DNA of 63,759 nt, the filler included, from Stramenopiles sp. TOSAG23-3 (lineage: Eukaryota): the NCBI GenBank assembly GCA_900128585.1. It is 10 parts of 10 records of this genome, joined end to end, with 100 filler letters (N's around TTAATTAATTAA, not from the genome) between each part and the next. Parts side by side here need not be neighbours in the genome. Positions count along the whole stretch, not along the records: positions 47,749 to 57,160 come from LT642921.1; positions 57,261 to 58,813 come from LT645699.1; positions 58,914 to 60,465 come from LT645700.1; positions 60,566 to 62,112 come from LT645701.1; positions 62,213 to 63,759 come from LT645702.1; 5 more parts are not named here. The stretch is one strand, 5' to 3'. Numbering within the stretch: the stretch's first letter is position 1; the number at the start of each line of letters is the position of its first letter. Below are positions 54,317 to 63,759 of the stretch, piece by piece. The notes under the pieces were generated by a model. That model did not search any database, was not told the origin of the DNA, and was given only the letters and a program-made list of their open reading frames with translations. The translations under genes and the position numbers were made by a program.

Positions 54317-54584
54317 TATTTACGAAAATGTTCGGTGTAAGAGTATATTTTTGTTTTTAAATAATTGTGGTTTTAAAACACTGTATATATGAAGAAGATA
54401 ACTAGTTTAACTACTTGTACCCTTTTGTACTTAATATAACAGCCAATTTTTTGTTTTTATAAATACCTACCCTCGTATTAAGGCCCAATGGAAAAAGTGA
54501 GTGCAGTGCAGTGCCTGGGTACAGAGTAGCGTTTTTTTTGCAGGGCGCTCAGAAGGGTCATCAGATAGGATGATATATTATTCA

Positions 54585-54660
54585 TAATACCAAAAACTAA
54601 ATACAAGTTAATGTGAGACCGTCGTAATACCAAAACTAAATACAAGTTAATGTGAGAACG
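54585..54660 (+). repeat. Tandem duplication of about 40 bp in the TMEM260 3' region
   Basis: TAATACCAAAA(A)CTAAATACAAGTTAATGTGAGA twice. Confidence 0.85.
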
Positions 54661-54671
54661 GCAAAAACAGG

Positions 54672-57128
54672 TCAAGACCGCTTCTTTCGCTTCTTTTTGG
54701 ACTTTTTCTTCTTTGTTTTTTTACTTTTCTTGGGTGCATTTTTTGTCGACTCCCACTCCCCGGTTGATCGCTTCCTGGCCGGTGGGGCGTTCCCCAAGCT
54801 GGCCTGGTTCACCCCCGACAAGTATTCGACGACATTCTTAATTGTAGGATACGCCGGGTCTGACTTTGCGCCGTCCATGGACAAAAACTTTGACCACGTG
54901 TCCAACGTCCGGTAACTCGCATGATTCTTGTAGTCGTCTCCCCCAGGGCGGCCTTCGTACATTTTGTACAGAAATGCTGGGAACGGATATGGGGCCGATG
55001 CCGGGAGCCTTTGTTTGCTCTGGACGATTCTAGAATACGCAATGCCTAGGTTTTTGTACACGCTGGCGGTGACATGGTCTGGATTCTTGCTTTTTACGAA
55101 CAGTTCCAGCTGCGTCGCAACGTGCGCCAGCGCCATCACATTTTCTTCCGAACTCGTGCATATGCTTTCCTTGCAACTGCTGTCCGCAATCATGTCCAAA
55201 ACGTACGTGGCAGTGTCCCCCACATGGTCCCAGTAGTCGATGTGCACTGTCGATTCCCACGTTTCCTCGGTGTATTTGGTAAGGTTGGGCATAGAAGGGA
55301 GTGCCTTGTTGATCACCTTCCAAACATTTGCGTTCATTACGAAGGCTTGCTTTGCCGTTAGCGGCGGCGTCCGATCAAGTTTGCGGAAACGTACCAGCAT
55401 TCCGTACGGCACTTCTTCGTAGTGCTGCTTCAAACTACCCTCCTCGTTGAAACCGACCTTTCCGCCAAGATATATCCCGCCTGGGTACCGGTCTATATTT
55501 GCGTCAAGAAACTCTTTGAAGGAGAAGGCTTCCCCTCGCTTGTACTGCTTGCTGTTCATTCTTGCCAGATAGAACTTTTCTTTCCCGTTGAACACGAAAG
55601 ACATTTTAGGGGCGTACAGAGGCCGTTGCACATGGAACCACTGAAATGTCATCATAGAAAGGTTCAACGTTTCAACGTCTGGTCTTTTCTTTTCGCATAT
55701 TTGCAAATACCGCGACGCGGTCCACTGCTGGTCATAATTTGTCAGGAACAACGAATTCTTCGGGATAGTGTTCAGCAAGGCATTGGCGTAATTTTGCAAG
55801 TACCAATTTTCGCTTTGGTCCATGTTATGGAACCATGATCCGAACTGGAGGGATGCGACCACGACCGTGACTATCGACGAAATGTTGCTCTTGATGAAGC
55901 TCGGGAAGGACGCCGACACGACCGTTGCGAGCGACACGATTCCGATCCCAAAATATGCAAACACGATTAAATTCGGCTGCATCCAAAACCTCGCGTGCAC
56001 ACCAAATAGCAACGGGTTGCTTAGCGGCAAATTAGACAAGGAGTGGAACCCGACTTGGTAGAATACGTACGCCCCCATCAACGCCACGCCGAAAGAGTTT
56101 TTCGGGATGGGCGGTGGGCCTACCGCCGGTGCCTTGATGGCCTTTTTCTTTCCCTTCCTAGACGACGAGGCTGCGGCGGCAGACGCTGGCTTCTCTTCTA
56201 ACCCAGGGTTGCGCAGGCTGTGCACCAAACCAAACAGGGCGGGAAGTGGGCCGAACCCCAAGGACTGGCGATACGTAAAGTCTTTCAAATGGGCCAGCAA
56301 CCGGTCGGCCAACCCTTCGACCTCCCTTCCATCGTTCCCAGAAAACAATTGGAAAGTGCCATAGTCTGCCCGAGTCAAGTGTCGCCAGAAACCTTTCAAG
56401 TTGGAACTGTCTCCCCAGCTTCCTTTCTTCATCGCGTACGTGTCGGACCAGTACAGGAAGATGTACGGTAGCAGACCAACCAAAAACAGGACTGCCAAGG
56501 CCAAGGTCCGCGCGACCGTCACCTTGCCGGAAGCATATTGGGTGTACAGGATCCAACAGACCAACGGTATCTCGTACAAAATTAACGTATGCTGGTTGCA
56601 CATGCCGAGCCCACACACTAGTGCCCCAACGTACATGTAAAAATCCCCGCTGCATGTACCACCTCGCGCCTTGGCCGTGGCGTATTTTGCCGTCAAATTT
56701 AGCACCAGCGATGCGAACAGGTTGTTCAGTGCAAAAACTTCACTCCCGACCGCATACGTCCATACCAACGGGGAAAAGCCGTACATGGCACCGGCCAACA
56801 TTCCCGCCCACGTGTAGTTGATTCCAGGCACGTCTGTTCGAATGTACTGGAACGTCTGGACCATGCTGCATAACAGTGCGCACGCGGCGGCAGTGCATGT
56901 TGCGCAGAAAAAGTTTGCCCGGTAGGCCATGGTACCGTAAGGGATGTAAGTTATCAAGTGCACGACCAGGGTGTACAGAGGATACCCTGGTGGGTGAGCA
57001 GTCCCAAGCTCGCATGCCTCTGCAACAAGTTCACCACTGTCCCCGCCCGGTATGGAGGGCATCAGCGTTTGAGCGTAGCCGTATAATACGACACAAAAGA
57101 CTAGAAACGGGGCAACCCGAGACAACAA
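54672..57128 (-). CDS. TMEM260: TMEM260/DUF2723 family protein O-mannosyltransferase (start may lie slightly upstream, near the contig end)
   Basis: SIPGGDSGELVAEACELGTAHPPGYPLYTL, EVFALNN, GLGMCNQHTLIL, SWGD, DYGTFQL, RFWMQPN; multiple TM helices. Confidence 0.92.
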   Translation of the reverse strand: MLSRVAPFLVFCVVLYGYAQTLMPSIPGGDSGELVAEACELGTAHPPGYPLYTLVVHLITYIPYGTMAYRANFFCATCTAAACALLCSMVQTFQYIRTDVPGINYTWAGMLAGAMYGFSPLVWTYAVGSEVFALNNLFASLVLNLTAKYATAKARGGTCSGDFYMYVGALVCGLGMCNQHTLILYEIPLVCWILYTQYASGKVTVARTLALAVLFLVGLLPYIFLYWSDTYAMKKGSWGDSSNLKGFWRHLTRADYGTFQLFSGNDGREVEGLADRLLAHLKDFTYRQSLGFGPLPALFGLVHSLRNPGLEEKPASAAAASSSRKGKKKAIKAPAVGPPPIPKNSFGVALMGAYVFYQVGFHSLSNLPLSNPLLFGVHARFWMQPNLIVFAYFGIGIVSLATVVSASFPSFIKSNISSIVTVVVASLQFGSWFHNMDQSENWYLQNYANALLNTIPKNSLFLTNYDQQWTASRYLQICEKKRPDVETLNLSMMTFQWFHVQRPLYAPKMSFVFNGKEKFYLARMNSKQYKRGEAFSFKEFLDANIDRYPGGIYLGGKVGFNEEGSLKQHYEEVPYGMLVRFRKLDRTPPLTAKQAFVMNANVWKVINKALPSMPNLTKYTEETWESTVHIDYWDHVGDTATYVLDMIADSSCKESICTSSEENVMALAHVATQLELFVKSKNPDHVTASVYKNLGIAYSRIVQSKQRLPASAPYPFPAFLYKMYEGRPGGDDYKNHASYRTLDTWSKFLSMDGAKSDPAYPTIKNVVEYLSGVNQASLGNAPPARKRSTGEWESTKNAPKKSKKTKKKKSKKKRKKRS

Positions 57129-57260
57129 TGGCTCTGCCGCTGCTCCTAGTTTATGTTGCGNNNNNNNNNNNNNNNNNNNNNNNNNNNNNNNNNNNNNNNN
57201 NNNNTTAATTAATTAANNNNNNNNNNNNNNNNNNNNNNNNNNNNNNNNNNNNNNNNNNNN

Positions 57261-58023
57261 CCTCTACTTGCAAGACAACCGCATCGTTTCCATGGCGCCG
57301 CTCCAGTGCTGCGCAAGGCTGACCAACTTACACCTCAGCCGCAATGGGATAAAAGTAATAGAGGGCTTAAACGTTTGTGTGAATTTGAGAAAACTTTTTT
57401 TAGAGGGAAACGAAATCAGCCACGTTTCCGGCCTAGAGAACAACGCCATGCTTGAGGAGTTGAACCTCAGCAACCAGAAACTTGCGAACGGTGACAGCCT
57501 CACCTTCGACGAGACTTGCCTGGACATACTCGGCGGAAACTTGCAAACTCTGACCATTGACGGGAACAACATAAAGACGGCAACGCAGTTCTTGCGCCTG
57601 GCAGAAATCCAAATCTTTCAGTGCAGAAAGAACAAGCTCGAGGACGTGGGCGAGCTCGTGGAACTCATTGCAAGCCTTTCGGAAGTGAAGAAGGTCGACT
57701 TGTCAGGAAACCCCGCATGCCGTGCTCCAAAGTTCAGAGAAACCTTATTGATCAACTGTTCCAACCGGCTGCAGGCGTTGAACGGCAAAGACATTGATAT
57801 GAAACAGCGGGACGCACTCATCCGCTTTGCACAGCACAGGCAACAGCGCTCGGAGAGAAAGGCCGCCGCAAAGCAGCAGCAGCAGTTGCACCAACAGCAA
57901 CAGGGAATGCCAAAACACCACCATCAACAACGTCAACCGTTGTCCAACCAGCACGCGAATAATTTCCACGGAAGCGCGCACCAACAGTTTGGGAATGGGG
58001 ACGTCCAGGGATACCATCAGTAA
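57261..58023 (+). CDS. SDS22-type LRR protein resembling PPP1R42/LRRC67, 5' truncated
   Basis: LYLQDNRI, LHLSRNGIKVIEGL, LFLEGNEISHVSGL, LNLSNQKL....LTFD, VDLSGNPAC..PKFRE, LNGKDI; Q/H-rich tail. Confidence 0.8.
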
Positions 58024-58525
58024 GCGCAGAAAGGCCGTAAACGTACATATGCAACAAAATTAATACCATGGAGAGTCGCCCCACACACATGAAACAATAC
58101 AAAACGATATGGTGGATATACTTAATTTGGATTAATTACATCTAAGTATTTACTTTATAATTATTAATTTATTAAGGTACTATAATAATATGAACCAATT
58201 CATGATGTAGTGAATCCTTCGTATACGGTATTACGGTATTAATACCTGGTATTACCACCCCTCCTCCCTCCTCGTCGTAATATATAAACACAATGTTATA
58301 CTTGGTACTATTATATCACCGTCGTTGGCCTCCAAATAATAATAATAAAAAAAATGAAGAACATTTTTTTTGAAACAACATTCTACTTTGCAAGAATTAT
58401 ATATCTTACTTACGCAAAAGTTTGAGACGACTAACGTTAACGTGGTTTGCCCGCAGAAAGGAAAGAAAAGGCCAGCAGTGTTGATTATTTTTAATCGAAA
58501 GCAGGGGAAGATTTTTTTGTTCTAG

Positions 58526-58813
58526 ATGGGTTCGTTTATGAGCACTCGAACGAGGTATGCACTTATATTTGTGTTTTGTGTCGGGGCGGTGAATCACGAC
58601 ACCGTCCTTCCGTTTTTGAAAAGTTGGTACAAACACTATTTTGGTCGTCGAAAGCAGATAAAGCCGTCTACGAATGAAAAAATGGGAAAGAGCGATAAGG
58701 TGAAAAAAGAAAAGGCAGTTGTAGAGAAAACAAATAGAGGTAAGAAAGAGGTGAAACCAGCGAAGCCTCAGGCGGCCCCGGAAAGCCCAGGCAAGGTGAG
58801 TCCACAAGGAGTT
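58526..58813 (+). CDS. Hypothetical protein with N-terminal hydrophobic segment, 3' truncated
   Basis: ATG ORF running into the linker; YALIFVFCVGAV then K-rich region. Confidence 0.45.
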
Positions 58814-58913
58814 NNNNNNNNNNNNNNNNNNNNNNNNNNNNNNNNNNNNNNNNNNNNTTAATTAATTAANNNNNNNNNNNNNNNNNNNNNNNNNNNNNNN
58901 NNNNNNNNNNNNN

Positions 58914-60022
58914 GCTTCTTGCGCTAGCCGTTCCATTTCCTCCTTGTGGTCATCGTGGTCTTGCATAATTGCTCTATTTCTGGCGATTTCTTTCGGATGC
59001 TGACCACGTGCAATTTTTGTAACTTTGTAAGAATGTTTTTTCTTCATTCTTGGTTTCATTTTTTTCAATGGGAGAAGTTTGCCAACCCGGTGCCTACGGT
59101 CGAAAGGTTTTGACACCAACTGTGCCAGGTCAGAAAGTCTGCTCCCTGTTTCGGTAACGTTCAACTGTTTCTTTTTTATTTCTCTTTTCACGGAGTTAGC
59201 CAGAATATCGTACAATTTCTCTTGAGGACCGTGGATATCGAACACCTTCCCGTGCTCATCTACTATATGAAAATATATGTCTCCATGGTGCCCTTCTGCA
59301 ATCTTTTTACACTCCACAAAATGGTTCTGGGCCCGAATTACTTTTATGTACCGCCCAATTGTCCCCACGCCAAACGGTAAGCGGAGGATTCCGCCTCTTT
59401 TGCCTGTTGCTAGTTCGTCTCCCATAATAGAACACGACGGTAAGTAAGTTGATGCTGTGCTTCCAGACGTGTCTGGGCGAGCTGCCTTAGATACATCTAC
59501 ATGCCCGCTCAAAGCTTGTGACATATCGCTCGAGTCTTCCCCGCCAAAGCCTTCATAAGCAGCACGCGCAGGCGAGACTAAACTGGACCCTCCAGAAGGT
59601 GACAATATTACGCTGGATCCATTTGGTGAATATACCTGGGGCATAAACTTGTCAAGTAGTAGAGGCTCTCCAAACGCGGACGACTTAGGTGTTGGAAGCA
59701 AATATTTGCCTTCTTCCGAATTCGACCGAAAAAACCATAAATTTCTGTTTGGAGTGGCTGTCAAAAAACTCAGGAAGTCGGTAAGACTGGCCTTTTGTGT
59801 GCGCTCAAAGAAACCTACAAGCGAGTCACCATTCAATCCCACTAAAACATCGTCAGTGAATATTGTGTTCCTTTCTAATGCATCGCCCTTTAAACCGTTG
59901 ACGACGACATATTTTGAACCGTTAATCTGTTTCACCACTAAGTTCAGGCCAAGCGCTCCTTCCTCAAAACGTTCCCGGACAACGTTACCCCTGGCGATCG
60001 GCCCAGTTTTGGTTTCAGCCAT
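58914..60022 (-). CDS. Hypothetical protein with degenerate N-terminal PDZ-like domain, 3' truncated
   Basis: FEEGALGLNL...YVVVNGL...DDVLVGLNGDSL resembles the PDZ GLG and GD.I..VNG motifs. Confidence 0.6.
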
Positions 60023-60565
60023 CCTCTATTGCTGCGGTGCGCTCGTTAACCTGAATGATTCCAAAGCAATGTGTATTTCTTAGTACACCCGCCTCTGGTA
60101 ACCCGGTTTATAACGGGTGTGTGAAAGGACAGCATCTTCTCTTGTAGCGATTTTTTGACTTACTTCCAGTTGGTTGAATACGCAAAAAAATGATGATAAT
60201 ATATGTGTAATAATATAATTAATAATTATTAATAATTTTTTCTACTCTCTACTTACTACTTGGTGTATTAGACTAATAGATGTTCGATGATGATGGTGAG
60301 AGTGATTATTGTTATTATTATGATGAGATGATTGCGGTGTGGCAGGAACAAATCATCGGTACCTGGTAGGTACCGGGTACCGTACCAACGCCTGTTCGCA
60401 TTGTATAATTAAATTAATAGTAGCGCAGGGGTTACAACAAGTTAAGTATACGGGTGGGTGGGTAGNNNNNNNNNNNNNNNNNNNNNNNNNNNNNNNNNNN
60501 NNNNNNNNNTTAATTAATTAANNNNNNNNNNNNNNNNNNNNNNNNNNNNNNNNNNNNNNNNNNNN

Positions 60566-61892
60566 TAGTTGTAGTAGTAGTAGAAGTAGTAGTAGTAGAA
60601 ACAGCAGGGGAAAGAGGTCGTTGGAAATTATCGTGCTGACTATCGGCACGCGTGGGGACGTGCAGCCGTTCGTTGCCCTGTGCAAGGGGCTGAAACGTGC
60701 GGGGCACCGGCCTAGGATTGCCTCCCACGGGTGTTTCAAGGCATGGGTAGAAGGGGAAGGCATTGCGTTCAAAGACATCGGCAGCGAGCGCATCAACCAG
60801 CCCGACGAGTGGCTGACTGCCAAGAACATCAAAGACTTCTTCATGGCAATGAAGCCGGAGATGGTAAAGTCCAAGCTGGCGTGCGAAGCGTTCTACAAGG
60901 AGTCCAAGGGGATGGACCTGATTCTGTGCACGTCCCACACGGTGTCCTTCGGGCTGGACATATCGGAGAAACTCGCGCTGCCGTGCTACGTCGTCAAGCT
61001 CGCCCCCGACCTGCCTACGCGGGCATTTGGTCCGTTCTCAAAGGGCACCTCCAGCTTTGGGTGGATCAACTTGCTGAACCACTACTCGTTCCTCGTCGAA
61101 GTCGGAAACGCGTACAAAGAGGCGGGCATGGACACCATGGAGGACGAGTTTCGAAAGAACGTCCTTGGCCTAAAAGATTCCATTGGCATGAAACGCCTCC
61201 AGCTGCTCCGCGATATGCCCACGATAGTTGCGGTTGGAAAGGACATCATCCCGGACCCGCAGTGGCAGCGAAACGTTGCCGTTTGCGGGTGGCTGTTCCT
61301 GGACAACGAAGCCTTCAGCCCGCCGCCCGACGTGGTGAAATTTTTGAACGGCCCCGGCGGACCGCCGGTCTGCGTTAACTTTGGCTCCATGGTCCTGGCG
61401 TCGGAAGCGAACATTATCCTAAACTCCGTAAAGGCGGCCAGAAAGCTCGGGTACAGGGTGCTCCTGATTACCGGGTGGGGGAAGGCCCCCGAGTGCGACC
61501 TGTTCGAGGACGCGGACAACTGCATGCTGGTGAAAGGGTTGCCCCACGAGTGGATCTTTCCGCAGTGCCGCTGCATCGTTCACCACGGCGGCGCGGGGAC
61601 CACTGCCCGGGCCCTGCAAAGCGGGGTGCCCTCGGTCATCGTCCCCATACTGAAATGGGCCGACCAGACCTTTTGGGCGCGGCGCGTAGAAGCCGCGGAC
61701 TGCGGGCTGCACGCTCCGGACCCGTCGCAGGAAAAGCTGGAGGCCGCCATTGACATGGTCTGCACTAGTGCGAGCGTGCGGAGAGGCTGCGAGGCCATGA
61801 AGCGGTGCGTCGGGAACGAGACCGGGCTGGAAACGGCGGTGGAAATGATCGAAACGGCGTGGGACTGGAGCGAGCAAGAGAGGAATGCGTAA
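60566..61892 (+). CDS. Sterol 3-beta-glucosyltransferase-like glycosyltransferase (GT1, GT28_N domain), 5' truncated
   Basis: IIVLTIGTRGDVQPFVAL, PVCVNFGSM, PHEWIFPQC..IVHHGGAGTTARALQSGVPSVIVP...DQTFWA. Confidence 0.92.
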
Positions 61893-62212
61893 AAAGATAT
61901 TTTTTATTTTACATTGTTCTTACTTCTGTGAGTAAGATATCGTACAAACTCTTAAATTATTACGAACCAGAAATCCCCCCTGCTCAGTATATTTGTGTTC
62001 CATTTTTAAAATATGGACTGACAGATTTGAAGTAGTTTTCTCTTGTAAAAAGTAAAAAAGGGTAAAAATCCTATTATCAACACAAATTATATCCTATTAT
62101 CATATATAGCATNNNNNNNNNNNNNNNNNNNNNNNNNNNNNNNNNNNNNNNNNNNNTTAATTAATTAANNNNNNNNNNNNNNNNNNNNNNNNNNNNNNNN
62201 NNNNNNNNNNNN

Positions 62213-63759
62213 CCCGTTGTGCACTGGTCGTCTGGGGATGTATTTATCACGCCACCTTCGCACTCCCTTGCACGATGGCAAGCAAAGAAGACGTCTGTGT
62301 CGGCGGACGCCCGCCAGAACCCTGGCTTTGTGCGAAGAGTGGACACCAAAGTATTTGGATTCGTGCACAGTGCGGCATCGGGGCACGGGATGCAATAATC
62401 TTCCCTGCCCGATGGGCGAACATTTCGGTAAAACTTGGCCTGGCACACGCACCCGGTAGTGTTGGACACGCCAATCGAACCGTTCGTGGTTGTCGATACG
62501 GCAAAGTCGGTGCATTTGGTGCACTGGGCTGGTGCCGTGCTTCCAGGCTGTTCGTTGTAGGTGTCGGCAGGGCAAGGCAGGCATGTGGGCTGCCCCTTGA
62601 CGTTCTGGTAGGTGCCCGGCTTGCATTTTTGACAGGTGCTTCCCTGCAATTCTTGGCCTACTGAGCACGCAATCGGTTTGCATTTGATGTAGTCCAACTC
62701 ATACTGCCAGGAAGTCCCAGAAGGGCAAATCGACGGTTTCAGATGTTGAACGGACAAAATGTCCGTCGATTCCTCTGTGGACACGTTCAAATTTTTGTTC
62801 GTGTACAGAATCCCTGCGTAAATCTGCGTTTTGGAAAGGTCGGTCAGTTCTGATTTTTGGCAGCAATTTGGGAAGAAAATTGAGCATAGGCCTCCTTCCA
62901 CTGCCTCCCTAGACGATAAATCTGCATTTTGTACAACGCGAACCAGGTTGGAACTGTTCACTCTGGCCATGACGGGATGTTTGTTTTCTCCCCATAGAAC
63001 ATGATATGCCCGAACGTGCTCTATTGTGGTGTTTTGGAAGACCACCGGCACGTACACGTTTGTCACGCCGCATACGGTGTACGTTGACCCATCCTGCCAT
63101 TGAAAAACGTTGTTGTATTTAATGCGGACAACGGCTTTTGCGCTGATGTTTAGAAACATGCAGTCCACAAACGTTAGCGGGCTGGCTTCGGAGAAGATTG
63201 CCACACTTGAGGTAGTCAAATGTTGAAAGTCAACGTTGCGAAAAATAATAGGTGCAAGGGAGAACCCTTCTTTTTCACTGGATGCCCGAAAAAAAGGCAT
63301 AGTGGTAGACGTCCCGTCAAGGATTAAGTTTTCGATGTATAGTGGGGATGTCCCTGTCCCACTGGCGCGAATACACGCAACTTTGCTACACAAACAGTGT
63401 AGTTTAGAACGACCGTTCCTGCGATTGGTTTTTGTGCGAAACACCACACGAGCATTTTTTAAATAAACGGGCACATCTTTGACGAAATAAAATGTATCTT
63501 CAATGAGATACTGGAGGAAATGGGAGCGCCCCGGGAGCAGTTGGATTTGTTTGCCGAGGGTACCTGGAATAGTCACCGTTTGAACGTGGTTTTTGTACCA
63601 TGCAATTTTATTGTCACTAGAAGAAGCACTTGCAAGGTCCATGTCTCCATCTCCGTCGATGTCGGCGGCAAATACACTATAGGCAGCACTCGCACTCGTC
63701 GACACTACGTTAGGACTTCCAAAGGTTCCTTTGCCGTCCGTGTTTTCGTACCATGCAAT
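62213..63759 (-). CDS. Fragment of a large surface protein: FG-GAP/VCBS repeats, beta-helix-like region and GCC2/GCC3 (ephrin-receptor-like) Cys repeats; both ends truncated
   Basis: IAWYENTDGKGTFG...VFAADIDGDGDMDLASASSSDNKIAWYKN; CQKCKPGTYQN..GQPTCLPCPADTYN; CIPCPDAALC; PGFWR. Confidence 0.85.

Noticed and set aside
54585-54660. CRISPR-like repeat (also 38331-38394 and 40555-40797)
   Set aside because: Only two copies or simple repeats, no unique spacers, no cas genes, eukaryotic context.
2699-54674. Genome-wide UGA reassignment or selenocysteine
   Set aside because: TGA ends Tubby, the GPI-like protein, HAD-DUF1349 and TMEM260 at plausible C-termini; conserved Trp uses TGG; I saw no SECIS-like element after the candidate genes.
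9742-57128. Functional cluster linking TMEM260 with the cadherin adhesin, or AdoMetDC with the amine oxidase
   Set aside because: The genes are on different contigs joined artificially. Also, TMEM260 is known to modify IPT domains, whereas cadherins are TMTC substrates.
60085-60387. ACACCCG/CGGGTGT stem and clustered GGTACC palindromes upstream of the PDZ-like gene
   Set aside because: Short, single-copy and expected by chance; no recognisable RNA family.
9473-62212. TTAATTAATTAA recurring about every 9.5 kb as a biological periodic element
   Set aside because: It is always flanked by 44 N on each side and truncates ORFs, so it is an assembly linker. ORF ends reading XXXLIN are artefacts.

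Overview
Eukaryotic, intron-poor, gene-dense DNA from a flagellated protist. Importin-alpha, Tubby, a PPP1R42-like LRR protein, TMEM260 and eukaryotic AdoMetDC are present. A marine stramenopile-like SAG/MAG is my inference and is not established. The window is not one locus: it is 10 contigs (six of about 9.4 kb, four of about 1.55 kb, in descending length) joined by an artificial 100-nt N44-TTAATTAATTAA-N44 linker, so neighbourhoods across linkers mean nothing. I call about 26 protein-coding genes, separated by AT-rich intergenic DNA with (GAA)n/(GAAA)n tracts. I found no rRNA, tRNA or CRISPR array. Leading observations: (1) a Tudor/TPR gene whose UGA-C stop is followed in frame by a 59-codon extension ending in a tail-anchor helix (readthrough candidate); (2) an AdoMetDC leader with a 17-codon uORF in frame with the main ORF across a single UGA, plus a 3' G4 motif; (3) a roughly 25-bp motif (AAATAACAGCCAATTTT[C]TTGTTTT) in six copies on three contigs, mostly at gene 3' ends; (4) a >3000-aa mosaic Sib-like/cadherin/lectin adhesin; (5) a trio of secreted genes including a betagamma-crystallin/collagen protein; (6) several enzyme fusions and bacterial-like genes; (7) repeated +1 frameshifts in homopolymers, most likely sequencing errors.
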